NCBI RefSeq assembly: GCF_006345805.1
Contig: NC_043002.1
Span: 72,788,001 to 72,852,000 of the forward strand
DNA length: 64,000 bases
Source: Octopus sinensis
Lineage: Eukaryota
Direction: 5' to 3'
The first letter of the stretch is position 1; each line of letters starts with the position of its first letter. The notes under the pieces were generated by a model. It was given only the letters and a program-made list of their open reading frames with translations, was not told where the DNA came from and did no database searches. The translations under genes and the position numbers were made by a program. Positions 1 through 12,198 of the stretch are shown here, in pieces.

Positions 1-75
1 AGAGGCCCGAATCCGTCGTGAAGGAGATATTATAAAAGCCCGGAATGATGATGAAAAAGAAAATAATTATTACAA
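1..75 (+). CDS. EIF4B: eIF4B coding exon, 5'-truncated by window edge (EARIRREGDIIKARNDDEKENNYY-K)
   Basis: Open frame from nt 2; ends AA|gtatat (phase 2), matching the phase-2 acceptor at 627. Confidence 0.7.
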
Positions 76-626
76 GTATATATCTATCTATCTATCTCTT
101 TTTATGTGTGTTTAATGTCCTACTAAAATAACTGTTATAGCCTATTACTTCTACTGACCTTAGACATCACAAAATGTGTATGTGGAATAATATGCTATTG
201 AATGTACACTTTTTTGAACAAGTATTAAATTCTGGGGACTATACACCATTGTGTAGTGGAGAGTTATGTTCTGAAAAGGATTGTGCCAATCCATGGTGTC
301 GATAACAATCTATGTGGTCTACAATACATGAGTCCACATAATTATTATTGTTGATACGAAGTAGAGTTTTGTTTATGAATCACAGCTAAAATCTCCAGCG
401 AAACAAATATTGCCAGAAACGACATTAACTGCATCAATAGTTGGGATAAGTGGGCTGGTGATGTAAGTATGAAGAATTCAAGAAGTAGAAATGGCTGCTG
501 TGTTTTAAATCTTTGTATGTGTGATTTCTTTACCAAACAACTGTTCTTAAGCAAAAGCTAAACTTTGAATCATGTTACAAAGAATGTGATCTTTATCTGA
601 TTAAGTTTCTCTATTTTGTCTTTCAG

Positions 627-742
627 GTCAAATGATTACTCCAGCCAATATCCTGGTAAAGGAGGAGAAAGAGATAGTTCACGGCGAGATAAAAGGCAAA
701 GTGGTGGAAGCACCTCTTCACAAGGAAGAGGTATAAGACCCA
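627..742 (+). CDS. EIF4B: eIF4B coding exon (SNDYSSQYPGKGGERDSSRRDKRQSGGSTSSQGR); end at 730 or 742
   Basis: tttcag acceptor at 626; two phase-1 donors (730|gtataa, 742|gtaaga); R/D/S/G-rich low-complexity sequence. Confidence 0.75.
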
Positions 743-1809
743 GTAAGAGTTTCCATCTTTGCATACAAACTAGGATGCATTTTGTTGGAAAAACTTATTT
801 TTGTGTTGATTCATTTTTTAGTTTGTGACAGTAAAAATAAGCAAAAGCATAAAATCATGCTTTATATTTAAAGTTTTTTTAGTTTACCTTTAGTTTTAGT
901 TTGATGTTGTTGTCTTTTAGTTTATCTTACTCTTATTTTATTTATTTTTTTTAGTTTATCTTGCTCTTATTTGAGAAGGTACTCAAGTAAATAGGTCAAT
1001 ATCTGACTGCATTTCATTAGGTACAGCTGTGTTAATAGTGAAACCTGAACTATTCACTTTTTATTAGGTGCCAGTATTTCTTTCCACTTGATTGTTGTAA
1101 CTTTAAATTTATTATATTAGTGTAAATTACAATAATACAGGATCGAGATATTACCTTTGAAGACACAAAAAATACAATAATTATTCATCTACTGTTGGAG
1201 TTATGTTATTATCAGTTTTACCACTTCTGATATATTTGCCATATTTTTTTCTATTAAAACCTCTTAGGTAACCAGTTGGTATTTAAAGTGTTAATCTCAA
1301 TATTATGTAGTAAAGTTTTGTTTTTTTTTTTTGTGAAAAATCTTGTCATTAATTGGGAGACAAATATAAGGAATAATTATTGAGAAGAAAAAATCAGAGC
1401 TGCAAAAAAGTGGATGAAACAATACATGTTAGTGTAACAGTTTCTGTGATATTTGTTATGTAGGTTCTAAATTACTCTGGAGATCTTTTATCATTAATAG
1501 CATTGTTAGACTGAAATCCAAGCTAGGATACTCTAGCATATTGTTTACAACAGGATTGAAGTGTGGTGCACATGATGATTCCTATTAGTTCTTTGATAAC
1601 ATTGGTGGCAGAGCTCTGTAAAGTTTTTCAGTATCGATTATTTACCATGGGGACATTTGTTAAAGGAAGTTATCTGAAAGAATACTTTTATTTCCAAGAA
1701 ACCTTAATGAAATTTTAAAATATCATGATCAATGGTTCAGTAATGTGTAATCAACTTTAATCTTGACATAGTTTCTTAAAAGGGAATAATTGTTTTGTTT
1801 TTTTATCAG

Positions 1810-2024
1810 CACAAAACCAACCAAGAACTAGATGTGATAGTAGAGACTCTAGTAATTCAGAACCAAATACAGATGAAAAAGAAGAAAAACAAGTGCCACT
1901 TTCTCCTAGAAAAGAAGATCCTCCAACCAAAATGGTGCCTGCTCCACCACCCAAAGAGAATATTTGGGAAAGACGGAAAACTGAACAGCAGTCAAATAAA
2001 GGATCAGAAAGTTCACGAAATCAG
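1810..2024 (+). CDS. EIF4B: eIF4B coding exon containing KMVPAPPPKENIWERRK
   Basis: ttttatcag acceptor, CAG|gtcagt donor; motif matches the remembered vertebrate eIF4B segment KVMPAPPPKENAWVKR. Confidence 0.85.
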
Positions 2025-2123
2025 GTCAGTATTGCCCTCCCTCCCTCTCTCTTCCTCTCCCCCCTCTCTCTCTCTTTCTCATGCATACTCATAAATTCTA
2101 TTTCTTACTGTTATTGTTTACAG

Positions 2124-2172
2124 AAACAGTTTAACGATTCTTCAAAAAGAGATGATGGAGTTGGTGAAAATG
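2124..2172 (+). CDS. EIF4B: eIF4B coding exon (KQFNDSSKRDDGVGEN)
   Basis: gtttacag acceptor (phase 0), G|gtaaat donor (phase 1); frame continuous with neighbours. Confidence 0.75.
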
Positions 2173-2451
2173 GTAAATATATATTTTTTTTATTCCATCT
2201 TTGATTCCTCCTAACTTTCTGTTTACATATTGTGCTTTAATTTACATTCTGTTTCTTTAAACTACTAATTGTTGTGTATCATTTTTACCATTAGTTCAGC
2301 TAGTTTTGTTTCTGTTATCTTTTTTTATATTGTTCTGACTATTGCACATTTGAATTTTAAATGGGTGGGGCTGTGTAAAGTAATTAGCCACATCAAATCA
2401 TTACTCTAGTTTCGTATTACATAATTGTACAAGGAGGGTGGAGTGGAGTTT

Positions 2452-2750
2452 AGGTGCAGGTGTGGCTGTGTGGTTAAGAAGCTTGCTTTCCAACCATGTG
2501 GTCTTGGGTTCAGTTCCACTGTGTGGCATCTTGGGCATATGTCTCCTACTACGGCCCCAGGTCAACCAAAGCCTTGTGAGTGGGTTTCTTTGTGTTGTGT
2601 TTGTCCCTCCCACCACTTAGCACTGGTGTTGGTTTGTTTACATCCCCTCTAACTTGATGGCTCAACCAAAGAGACCAATAGAACATGTGCTGGGATCAGT
2701 TTATTTGACTAAATCCTTTGAGGTTGTATCTCAACCTAGCTGCAGAGACA
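2452..2750 (+). mobile_element. SINE family A, degenerate (eIF4B intron)
   Basis: Same head and body as 12199 copy, CpG-decayed. Confidence 0.7.
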
Positions 2751-2950
2751 GTAGATGTGGTTTGGGGGTGGAGGGGAGTTGGCTGCTATTTCTAGCAAGA
2801 TGTATGGTCACATAAGCTCCACCTAATGGTTCATCTCAATGTAGTTGAATATTGGAACAAAGCATACTGATGCTTTTACACTAAAGAAGGCAGAACCTTT
2901 TTGTTTGTGAGATTAAAAAGAGAAATACAATTCAAGGTTATGTTGAAACT

Positions 2951-3178
2951 TTAACCTTTTTATCACTATATTTGCATTGAAAGACACTGGCTTTTGTTTC
3001 AATTAGTTTAATAATGAATAGTTTAGTAAAATAGCTTTGTCATCATTAAACTACTGTCTGGACATAAATTAACACAAAACTTTGATGGAGGGTTTTAATT
3101 TCGATCACTTTAAAACGGGTAATTTGCATTATAGAACCATGGGGCAGTCTCATGCAAGTTGATATGAAAAGGGTTTAA
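2951..3178. mobile_element. piggyBac-like MITE family P2; other copies about 33515-33695, 45410-45620, 47357-47570
   Basis: TTAA-CC(C)TTTT...AAAAGGG-(T)TTAA ends; shared internal sequence between copies. Confidence 0.55.
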
Positions 3179-3659
3179 AGTTGAAAAATCAATCCAGTTG
3201 TGTATTTAGAATCACGCTAGGCTAATATGTGCTTCTTCTTTCTAAACAGATCACACAGATCTCATTTGCCATATTACATTGAAGTGATTTCAGTTTCCAA
3301 AACCTCACTGTTATCTGAGCCTCTGATTTCATTTAAATCAAATGAACCCCTTAGAATTTAATCTAGCCAAAATATTCCACTTGCTTTATGTCCAAATCTG
3401 GCCCCTCACACCTTACCCTACTATGTCATTCTAAACATAAATAACCAAAACATCTAATTCTTGAAGTTTTAAGATTATTTCTGATTTAATTTAAAGTAAT
3501 GTGAAAAAAAAAAAGTATTACATATGACAGAATAATCTGAATGCTAAGAGGTTAATTAAAATAAATCACTATGTCAATTCATCATTAGACACAAAGACTT
3601 GTAAAAATCTTTCAAAAATATTTTCGAAATACTACTATAAAATAGCCAGAGTGTAAGAG

Positions 3660-4010
3660 TTGTACTTACTTACTTGATGTGGCATTCACTGAGGAGGCTC
3701 CAGCTGATGTCTTATTCAAGGTTTCAGTGAGGATACAAGTTCACATGTAGTCTCCACTCACGTGCATGCACACTTGGGGATAGTCTGATCCATAGCAGCT
3801 GATCTTGCCATTGATTATTGTCGACCATCAGAGTGGATGTAGACTGGGTTTGAGATATGCTTTAACAAAAGCTATGGGGTGCCTCACTCCCAGTGGTCTT
3901 GCAGTATGCCAAACACCAACTCGGAATTTCTTAGGGCCTGTACTTATTGCTAGATAGTTGTTGACCCTACACTACGTTCATTCATCCTTTCCAGGCGTGT
4001 AAGAGAGAAT
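3660..4010 (-). mobile_element. Possible LINE 3' end with (TAAG)n tail
   Basis: GC-richer block ending, on the minus strand, in aagtaagtaagta; no clear peptide motif. Confidence 0.3.
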
Positions 4011-4308
4011 ATGAGAAAGCAGAGTTGGTCATTAATGTTTTTTTGTCTTCTAAAGTTTAGTGTTGGGGTTGATAAATAGTAATTAAATTTCATTTTAAGG
4101 CATTTTGTGTTGCAAAAGTATTGACAGAACTTTTACCAGTTTGTCTTGTTTTCTTATTTTCTCAGTATTACTATCATTAATTTTGAATTGTTTTGTTTAA
4201 TTTTTTTTTTTTAAATACCAATTTTAATGCATTAGTTAGACTTGATTAATCAATATGTTCTACATTTTCATGTACTTCTATTTCTCACGGTTATTATTTT
4301 TGTTTAAG

Positions 4309-4375
4309 AACTGAATGGCAAAGCGTATCCTAATGACAAACATGACCAACCCAGTAGAGGTGGTTCAGAAAAAAG
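4309..4375 (+). CDS. EIF4B: eIF4B coding exon (ELNGKAYPNDKHDQPSRGGSEK-R)
   Basis: Pyrimidine tract plus aag acceptor (phase 1), AG|gtgagt donor (phase 2); open frame. Confidence 0.7.
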
Positions 4376-4454
4376 GTGAGTCGTTGTTATTAGATATTTA
4401 GTTATCAGTTGTTACAAACTTAATTTTGAACTGTCAACCTTAATAATAATGATC

Positions 4455-4865
4455 CTTTTTACTAAGGGCACAAGGCCTGAAATTTGGTGGGAGGGGACTA
4501 GTAGGTTACATCGGCCCCTGTGTTTCACTGGTACTTAATTTATCGACCCCAAATAGATGAAAGACAAAGTCTACCTTGGTGGAATTTGAACTCAGAATGT
4601 AAGAACAGGCAAAATACCATTGAGCATTTCATCCAGTGTGCTAATGATTCTGCCATCTCACTGCCTTAATAATGATGTTAATAATCCTTTCTACTATAGG
4701 CACAAGGCCTGAAATTGGGGAGAGTGGGTAGTGGATTACACTGACCCCAGTATTGAACTGGTACTTAATTTATCGACCCCCGAAAGGATGAAAGGCAAAG
4801 TTGACCTTGGTGGAATTTGAACTCAGAACATAGCGACAAGTGAAATACTGCTAAGCATTTCAAAA
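4455..4865 (-). mobile_element. SINE family B, two tandem units; other copies 9325-9470(+), 19962-20150(-), 48860-49050(-), 60565-60730(+)
   Basis: Family B core motif. Confidence 0.75.
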
Positions 4866-4977
4866 GACACCTGTTGTTAAAACTGGCTTAGAGTCTATAA
4901 ATAACTGAAACTAGAAAATTTTCTACCTGTTCAATGTATGAGTTGTGCATTAAGTCGAAATTGTTTTCTCAAAACAG

Positions 4978-5050
4978 GCGTCCTGTTCGAGAGAAACAGA
5001 TGCCAAAGTCATATGAGGAAATGCCTCAGCTTCAAGATAATGTGAAAAAG
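4978..5050 (+). CDS. EIF4B: eIF4B coding exon (RPVREKQMPKSYEEMPQLQDNVKK)
   Basis: aaacag acceptor (phase 2), AAG|gtaaat donor (phase 0). Confidence 0.75.
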
Positions 5051-6585
5051 GTAAATATTTGTTCATGATTTCTTTAAATTATGATGAGCCTCCTGGACAA
5101 AAAGATTTTATTAAATTCTTTTACAGTCTTACCAAAGCCATAAGTCTGAATAGGTGTCTGGATCCAATTTTTGACATACATGCAAATAAATTAATCGTTC
5201 CATAGAAATTTTTAATCATTTAATGTCTATTTTCCATGCTGGTATGATTTGACAGGAGCTGGCAAGCCAGAGTGGGGCTGCACCAGCTAGACTCCAGTCA
5301 TCTGTTTTGGCATGAATTCTATGGTTAGATGCCCTTTCTAATGCCAACCACTTTATCATCATCATCATCTTAACATTCACTTTCCATGCTAGCATGGGTT
5401 GGATGGTTTGACTGAAAACTGGTAAGTCAGTGGGGCTGCACCAGGTTCTGATCTGAATTGGCGAGGTTTCTATGGCTGGGTGTTCTTCCTAATGCCAACC
5501 ACTCTGAAAGTGTAGTTGGTGTTTTTTACATGCCAATGACCTGACACCAGCATTAGCCACAACTGCAGTCTCATTTGGTTTGACAGGTCTACACAAGCAC
5601 AGTACATCACCAAAGGTCTTGCTCACGTGCCATTGCCTCTATGAGGCCCAATGCTCGAACAGTGCCTTTTACGTACTACTGGCACTGCCTTCAGCCATGA
5701 CTACAATTTCACTCAGTTTGACAGTTCTACGGCATATCGTCCAATAATTGAAGGGTGCTTTTAACAGGCCAGTTACACAACACTGGCATTGGTCATGACT
5801 ACACTCTCACTTGGCTTGATGTCAATGCCTCCATGTGGTCTAACACTCAAATGGTGCTTTTCATTGTTCACTCAAGAATAAATGTCATTTTTCTTTTTAT
5901 GCAATAGAAAAGTATTATGAAAAGCAATATGGAAATATAGCAACAAAAAGGAAGTTATATACAATATGGAACTTACAATGAGTAATATTAAAGAGCAAAA
6001 ATAATTACCCTATATGCTACCTAGATAGATATATCATGGAGTACATGAGATATTGAAGATGTGTGGGTTAGTGGTTGGGTCTTCAACTCATGGCTGTATG
6101 GTTGTGAGTTGGATTCCTAGTGACGTGTTGTGTCACGCTGAATCCCCCTCGAAACTAAGGGTACACGTGTCTGGAGTGCTCAGCCACTTGCATGGTGCTT
6201 TCTCAAGCAGGCTATTCTGTCAATCAGATCAGCTGGAACACTCATGGTTGTAACCAATGGAGTGCCAGTCACATGATGTACAAACATTTTCTTGCCAAGA
6301 ATCTCATCAAGCAGTTAGCTCTGGCTCATATTGTGTACCATGGTTTGAGCAATTATTACAGGTTCCTTTCAAAATAACATTTGATTAGTCGCCTTGTTTC
6401 CAACACTGGATGCTGGCTAGCTCTGTTTTCTTATTAATACTATTAAATCCTTTCCAATTCCTTTATCTTGTATAATAGTTCAATTTTGACTGGCAACAAT
6501 TGAAATAAAGCTGTTTAGTGTGGTGATGGTGGTGGGGGATGTTAAATGTTCTTTCTTGTCATGCTGCTGTTTGTTCTTATTTCAG

Positions 6586-6654
6586 GATTGGACTGACGCC
6601 AACAAATTCGACTATTTAAATACTGAGGATGAAGACTACCAGGATCACTCGTGA
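6586..6654 (+). CDS. EIF4B: eIF4B last coding exon (DWTDANKFDYLNTEDEDYQDHS*)
   Basis: atttcag acceptor (phase 0), TGA at 6652-6654; resembles the eIF4B C-terminus (..ASKYAALSVDGEDE..). Confidence 0.8.
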   Translation, partial: DWTDANKFDYLNTEDEDYQDHS

Positions 6655-8390
6655 ACAAGTTTTCAACTGCGAAAATTTAAAAGCCATATTTAGTTTCCTC
6701 GTTTCCCATTCAAAACATCCAAACGCTCTCCTTTTCTCTCTTACTTTAGTAGTTGCTCAACACTATTCAAACTAGTGTTAACTTCATTTTTTTTTTTTTT
6801 TTATCAATGCAGGTCTGGCCAACATGATTTTAATAGGGAAAAGCCAAATATAAATACAGAAAAAGAAAAACTCCTTTAGTAGCAAAAAACAAAAGATGAC
6901 AAACAAAAACTCCTGAGTTAACGCTTTTCTTTCCTTTTTTCTTTTTTTTTTTTTTCTTTTTTTTGTATACTGTAAATTATTATTTTATTAATTCTGCATT
7001 TAGCATCGCAGATGCTGTCTTCAGCCTAAACTTCTTACTGACTTGATTTGGTGTTAACAGCTGTTGAGACTCTGGATTATTTTAATTTTGTTTCCTTATA
7101 TCATTCCTCATATTGTTCGTCCTTTTAGCTCTCTCTATCTCTCCCCCACTGCCCTCTCAGGAGTTATTTGGTTTATTATTTTGCCAAAAAAGGAATGCCT
7201 TCCAAAAAGTATTCAATGCAATGTCTGATCTAATCAGTTTTATCTTTGGTTTGATATATATATATATAAACATATATACATACATGCATACATATATATG
7301 TATATATCTCAGTGTCTTTTTCTTTTTAATTTTGTTAAGGAGGTTAATCTCTTCAACTGTATATCTTCTTCTTGCATGGCTAAACAGTTTGTGTGTTTGT
7401 GTATGTATGTATTTTTGTATATATATATATACGTACAAATGCACATGCATTTTCCTAGCATAGTGTCTTAAGATTTATAGATATTTAATGTTTCCGTTTG
7501 TAAATGATTTTGATGGTACACTGACGTAGGCTTTGTCTCTTTGCTGCAACATTACATCAGATGTGTTTGTTACATTAATACATGAAAGGCCTATAGTATT
7601 TCAGTAACAGTGTATTTTGTGATGCTTCCGTATCAGTGCGTATGCACACAGACTGGATAAAAAGTATGTGGTTCAGTTCATCACCCAGGTGTTTAGGCTC
7701 CATCATCACAATTGATTGGTCTGACGGCAATGGCTTCTTTATTTCTTAACCTTTCAGATATCTGCAATGATATTACTCGACTCCTTCAGTGAACTTTTGC
7801 TTTATCGTTTATTTAACACTTCATCCTTACTCCTACTTACTGTTGTCTGCCTGCAGGCTAGCGGGTTGTGCTTTTATAGTTTGCTTTATAGGACACCACT
7901 GTCATGTCCCTTGGTTGGTCAGACTAGATAAGTACTTGCTAAAGTAAGTAAGTAGACAAACAGTGTAGCAAAAGGGACGAGGTTCTATGTAAATTGATGC
8001 CAGTTTGTCCTGTGACTTTGGCACATAAACTTCCTGCAATACCCCATCCTGGTTTAATACTGGTTTGTGTTCAAATGCGCAGAAATATATTTTCTAAAGA
8101 AATGTGTAATTAAAACTGTCAAGAAAAAAAAAATGCTAAGAAATTTAAGCCTTTTTTCCTTTGTCCTTTTTATGTTTATACCTTAGGCTCATTCATTCCT
8201 CTTCTCTCAAGTTCTTTTTTTTTTTTTTTTTTTTTCCTTCCTGCCTCTTCCTTATCATCCCTATATCACTTGTTACATTTATTGCCCCATCCCCACTCCC
8301 ACCAGATTGAAAACTGTCAGTAAATACAAATGTGATTTCTGAAATTGGATTTGAAAATAAAAAATAAAATTATTAAAAAGAATACATTTA
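6655..8390 (+). other. EIF4B: Probable eIF4B 3' UTR (U-rich, poly-T and TA tracts, SINE-free)
   Basis: Follows the stop codon; about 1.7 kb without recognisable SINEs; ends at tandem AATAAA hexamers. Confidence 0.5.
8356..8368 (+). terminator. Tandem AATAAA polyadenylation signals (8356-8361, 8363-8368); alternative pair at 9120-9129
   Basis: Hexamers read directly, followed by T-rich sequence. Confidence 0.45.
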
Positions 8391-9164
8391 AACAATTTTT
8401 GAAATTATTTTAATGTGTAATATTTATTTATATTATCGAATTCTGATGAAGAAAATCAACTATGAAAACTTATTTCTTTATGAAATAGTTTATTTATATA
8501 TGTATGTATGTGTGTACATACACAGGGGAGTGTTACCTTTCTGGAAACAGGTGAGGGTTGACAACAAGAAGGGCATCTTAGCCATAGAAGATCCATCTCA
8601 GTAAATTCCATCCAGCCCATGCAAGCATGGAAAAATAGACGTTAAAACAATTATGTATATATGTATGTTTGACTTTTTTTCTTCAATCTCATTGATATTC
8701 TGGTTATGTTTTTATTTTAAATTAAAGAAATTTTTTTTTTAATCTCATGGGACTAAACTAGTCAAATAACAGACATTAGCAGGAAAGACATTACTAGCTA
8801 ATCCAAATATTTAATCTTCAATATAACAACATTGCTAATAAAATAATTTTCAATTAAATCTCGTATCTTAATAGGATTTATTTTTCTGTATTACCAATAT
8901 ATTAATTATTTATCAAGACCTTAAGGTTTCTAATGTTTTGTGTGTGTGTCTATATATATAAATAGATGAGTGTATTTTTCCCTTGTTAACAATTAACACG
9001 GAAAAAATAGATAAATAATTACCAGGGTAGTAAAAAATCACACAAGTAAAGAGGTTGTAACTCCTTGTTTTTAAAGGTAGAAACTTCGGGTTTGCATGAA
9101 ATTTTTTGTATAATATATAAATAAATAAATGGAGTTTAACGCAGGTATAATTCAAATACTTTTA

Positions 9165-9245
9165 CTTCCGACACGTTTCGAAGATTTCACTGATATTATT
9201 CCAAAGGAATAAATGGCGTAAAACAATGTAATCTCGTCAGGGAAG
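9165..9245 (-). ncRNA. Type I hammerhead-like motif with intact core and irregular stem II
   Basis: Minus strand CTTCC-CTGACGA-...-GAAAC-GT-GTC-GGAAG. Confidence 0.4.
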
Positions 9246-9862
9246 CGAAGAAATGAGACTCGTCAATATATATTCATTTTGTTTCTTCTCTCTCTGACAA
9301 TTTATATACTACACTTTCTTTACATTCTGAGTTCAAATTCTGCCGAGGTCAACTTTGCCTTTCACCCTTCCGGGGTCGATAAAATAAGTACCAGTTGCAT
9401 ACTGGGGTCGATCTAATCGACTGGCCCCTCCCCCAAGAATTTAGAGCATTGTGCCTAGAGTAGAAAAGAATATATACTACACTTCCCTAGCTTAAGCTTT
9501 GAGCTAAAGCATATTAAACTGATAGATTTGTCAGGTACTACCTCTAGACTCTCTTTCATTGATACTGTACTTAGAAAGACATTTACTAACTGTTGTTAGT
9601 CCATTCATTTTCACTATCCTGAGAGAGTCGTGGGGGTAGAGACCTGGTGCCTTCTCCACAGGGTCTTGTCAGAAGCAAACCATTTTGTTGTCGGTCTACC
9701 CCCAGGTCTCCTGTTAGTTGGCTCGGCTTAAAGAATCTTTCTTGCAACATTCTCACATGAGAACCAGATCTGTAATTTCTCAGTGCAGGGAAGTAGCAGT
9801 TGGACTTGAAGAGAATCTTAGATTTCTGAGCCACCCTGTCATTAAACAATATTTGATATATA

Positions 9863-10012
9863 CGAGGGGGTGCTGAAAAGTTCCTGGCTTTAAGGGTGTC
9901 GCGAAAGGCCTGGTTGGTGGTGGGGGGGACCTTCTGAGTTCTTTCACTGGGTTTAGAAAAACTGAAGGAACGCTGCAATAAGTGTGTGAACCTGAGGGGA
10001 ATAGGGGTTAAC
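9863..10012 (+). mobile_element. Mariner-derived MITE fragment
   Basis: TA|CGAGGGGGTGCTGAAAAGTTCC TIR followed by transposase C-terminal remnant GLEKLKERCNKCVNLRG. Confidence 0.6.
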
Positions 10013-10415
10013 AAAACGTATTAGTGACCGACAAGTTTTGTCTGCCTAGTTACGATCCCATATTTTATCTGAAGAAATTTAGAATAGAAGAAACTGGGAA
10101 ACGTGGTTGGGGAGTAAGCTTCTTACCACCCACACCAAAATTTCCTTATTTAGACATAACTGGGTGGTTTTTTTTTTACTTTAATAAGATCTCAAAAGTA
10201 AATGAGGGACGTAGTGATGTGCTCGGTATATATATATATATATGTGTGTTTGTGTTTAGCCCGGTCTGCCAAAATGGAATTCCCAACTTCTTTGTTACAA
10301 CCATACCTTCCAGATTATGTTGAACATACTCTTTTGTCAAAGCAACAGCGTGTGCTTTGAGGCCCGTACAGGCTTCCCCGTTTATATCTCCATGTGTGGA
10401 AAGATCAATATGATA

Positions 10416-10769
10416 CTCTTTTACTTGTTTCAGTCATTTGACTGTGGTCATGCTGGAGCACCGCCTTTAGTCGAGCAAATCGACCCCAGGACTTATTCTT
10501 TGTAAGCCTAGTACTTATTCTATCGGTCTGTTTTTCCGAACCGCTAAGTTACGGGGACGTAAACACACTAGCATCGGGGGAGAAACACAGACACATACAT
10601 ATATACGACGGGCTTCTTTCAGTTTCCGTCTACCAAATCCATTCACAAGGCTAGTATAGCCCGAGGCTATACTAGAAAACACTTGCCCAAGGTGCCACGC
10701 AGTGGGACTGAACCCGGAACCATGTGGTTAGTAAGCAAGGTACTTACCACACAGCCGCCCCTACGCCTG
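10416..10769 (-). mobile_element. SINE family A
   Basis: Reverse complement of 12199 copy; a headless + copy lies at 11268-11545. Confidence 0.85.
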
Positions 10770-11914
10770 TAGATCAAAAACCTTTGGAGGTGTTATTCTA
10801 TCATGACCGAATCCATAAAATACACATGAATCGTTTTCCCTGCTAGTGAAACTTCATAACAAAGTTTAATATTCCTGCAATTTAACGGTCAAAACCCCTG
10901 AAAAAATTCGTTGCTTAAATTTAAAACGTTTTTATTAATAACAATCTCACTGCTTTATTAGCGTGCTCAAATGCAAATAGTCGGTCACATTTGTTTTGCT
11001 TTCTGCAGTGATTGTTTATGCTAAAATTTGAAGTATCACTAGGAACGTTATATAACAGCTGTGTGGCAATTTCGTAATTACATATGTTTAATTCAATACT
11101 GTTGTTATCTCAAGTCGCGTAACGTGTAAAGCAGTATCATTTTTAAAATCGTGTTAAAATCCATGAAAAGAATGGCAAATAAGGAAAAAAATGCTAAGTG
11201 TTTTGAGTGGATACGTCCACGATTTCACTTGACATTCGGACCAGCTAAAGGTGTTAAATTTAATAAGTGGGCAAGTGTCTTCTATAGCCTCGGGCCGGCC
11301 AAAGCCTCGTGAGTGGGTTTGGTAGACGGAAAATGAAAGAAGCCCGTCGTATATATTTGTGCGTCTGTATTTGTCCCCCCGATGCTGGTGTGTTTACGTC
11401 CCCATAAGTTAGTGGTTCGGCAAAGGAGACCAATAGAATAAGTACTAGGCTTACAAAGAATAAGTCCTGGAGTCGATCTGCCTCGACTAGAGGCGGTGCT
11501 CTAGCATGGCCACAGTCAAATGACTGAAACAAGTAAAAAGAGAGTATCGGTAACGTTTGGATAAGGAAATTAGCAAGTACTGAAATTTTCAGTACAAACG
11601 AAGGAAAAAATAAATGACCAAATGGTCTTTTTTTTTCCCGATATAGACGAATGTAAGCTATTCTGAAACGTTTACCCTTTGAAAGGAGGGAAAGGCACCA
11701 CAGTATAAAGCAACAAAAGATCGTCTTGTGTTGTGAGGAACAACAGCCACCGAAATTTAAGTCCTTGCTTGTTTATAATTCTAAGACTCCCAATCTAGTC
11801 AGATATCTAAAAAAAGGTTTAGATTACATACATTTGAATATTACCACCCTGCAGTAAAACATCAGTCAATGTGAGAAGAATTTCAAAGCCGAGGCTTTGT
11901 TTTTTATTTTTAGA

Positions 11915-12007
11915 TAACGTTCCTAGTCATACTTCAAACTTTGATTAACGTTCCTAGTCATACTTCAAACTTTGATTAACGTTCCTAGTCATACTTCAAA
12001 CTTTGAT
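11915..12007. repeat. Perfect tandem repeat, 31 bp x 3 (TAACGTTCCTAGTCATACTTCAAACTTTGAT)
   Basis: Units start at 11915, 11946, 11977. Confidence 0.95.
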
Positions 12008-12198
12008 TCACTACAAACGTGCGTGTCTGTTAAAATTGCCTTTACTTCATTAAATACATATTTACTCGTACAGCCTATAAATCGGGATTATTTCCGATTT
12101 CGAGGCATATTTTCTTGGAATTATAAAGGTATTTTTTATCATCAGTTCGTTATGAGAATTGCATAATTACATTATGCAAACAAAAAAAATATAAATCA

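Noticed and set aside
9586-10014. 142-aa minus-strand ORF
   Set aside because: Largely antisense to a mariner MITE remnant; no domain motif.
11915-12007. CRISPR-like direct repeats
   Set aside because: No spacers, eukaryotic context, no cas genes.
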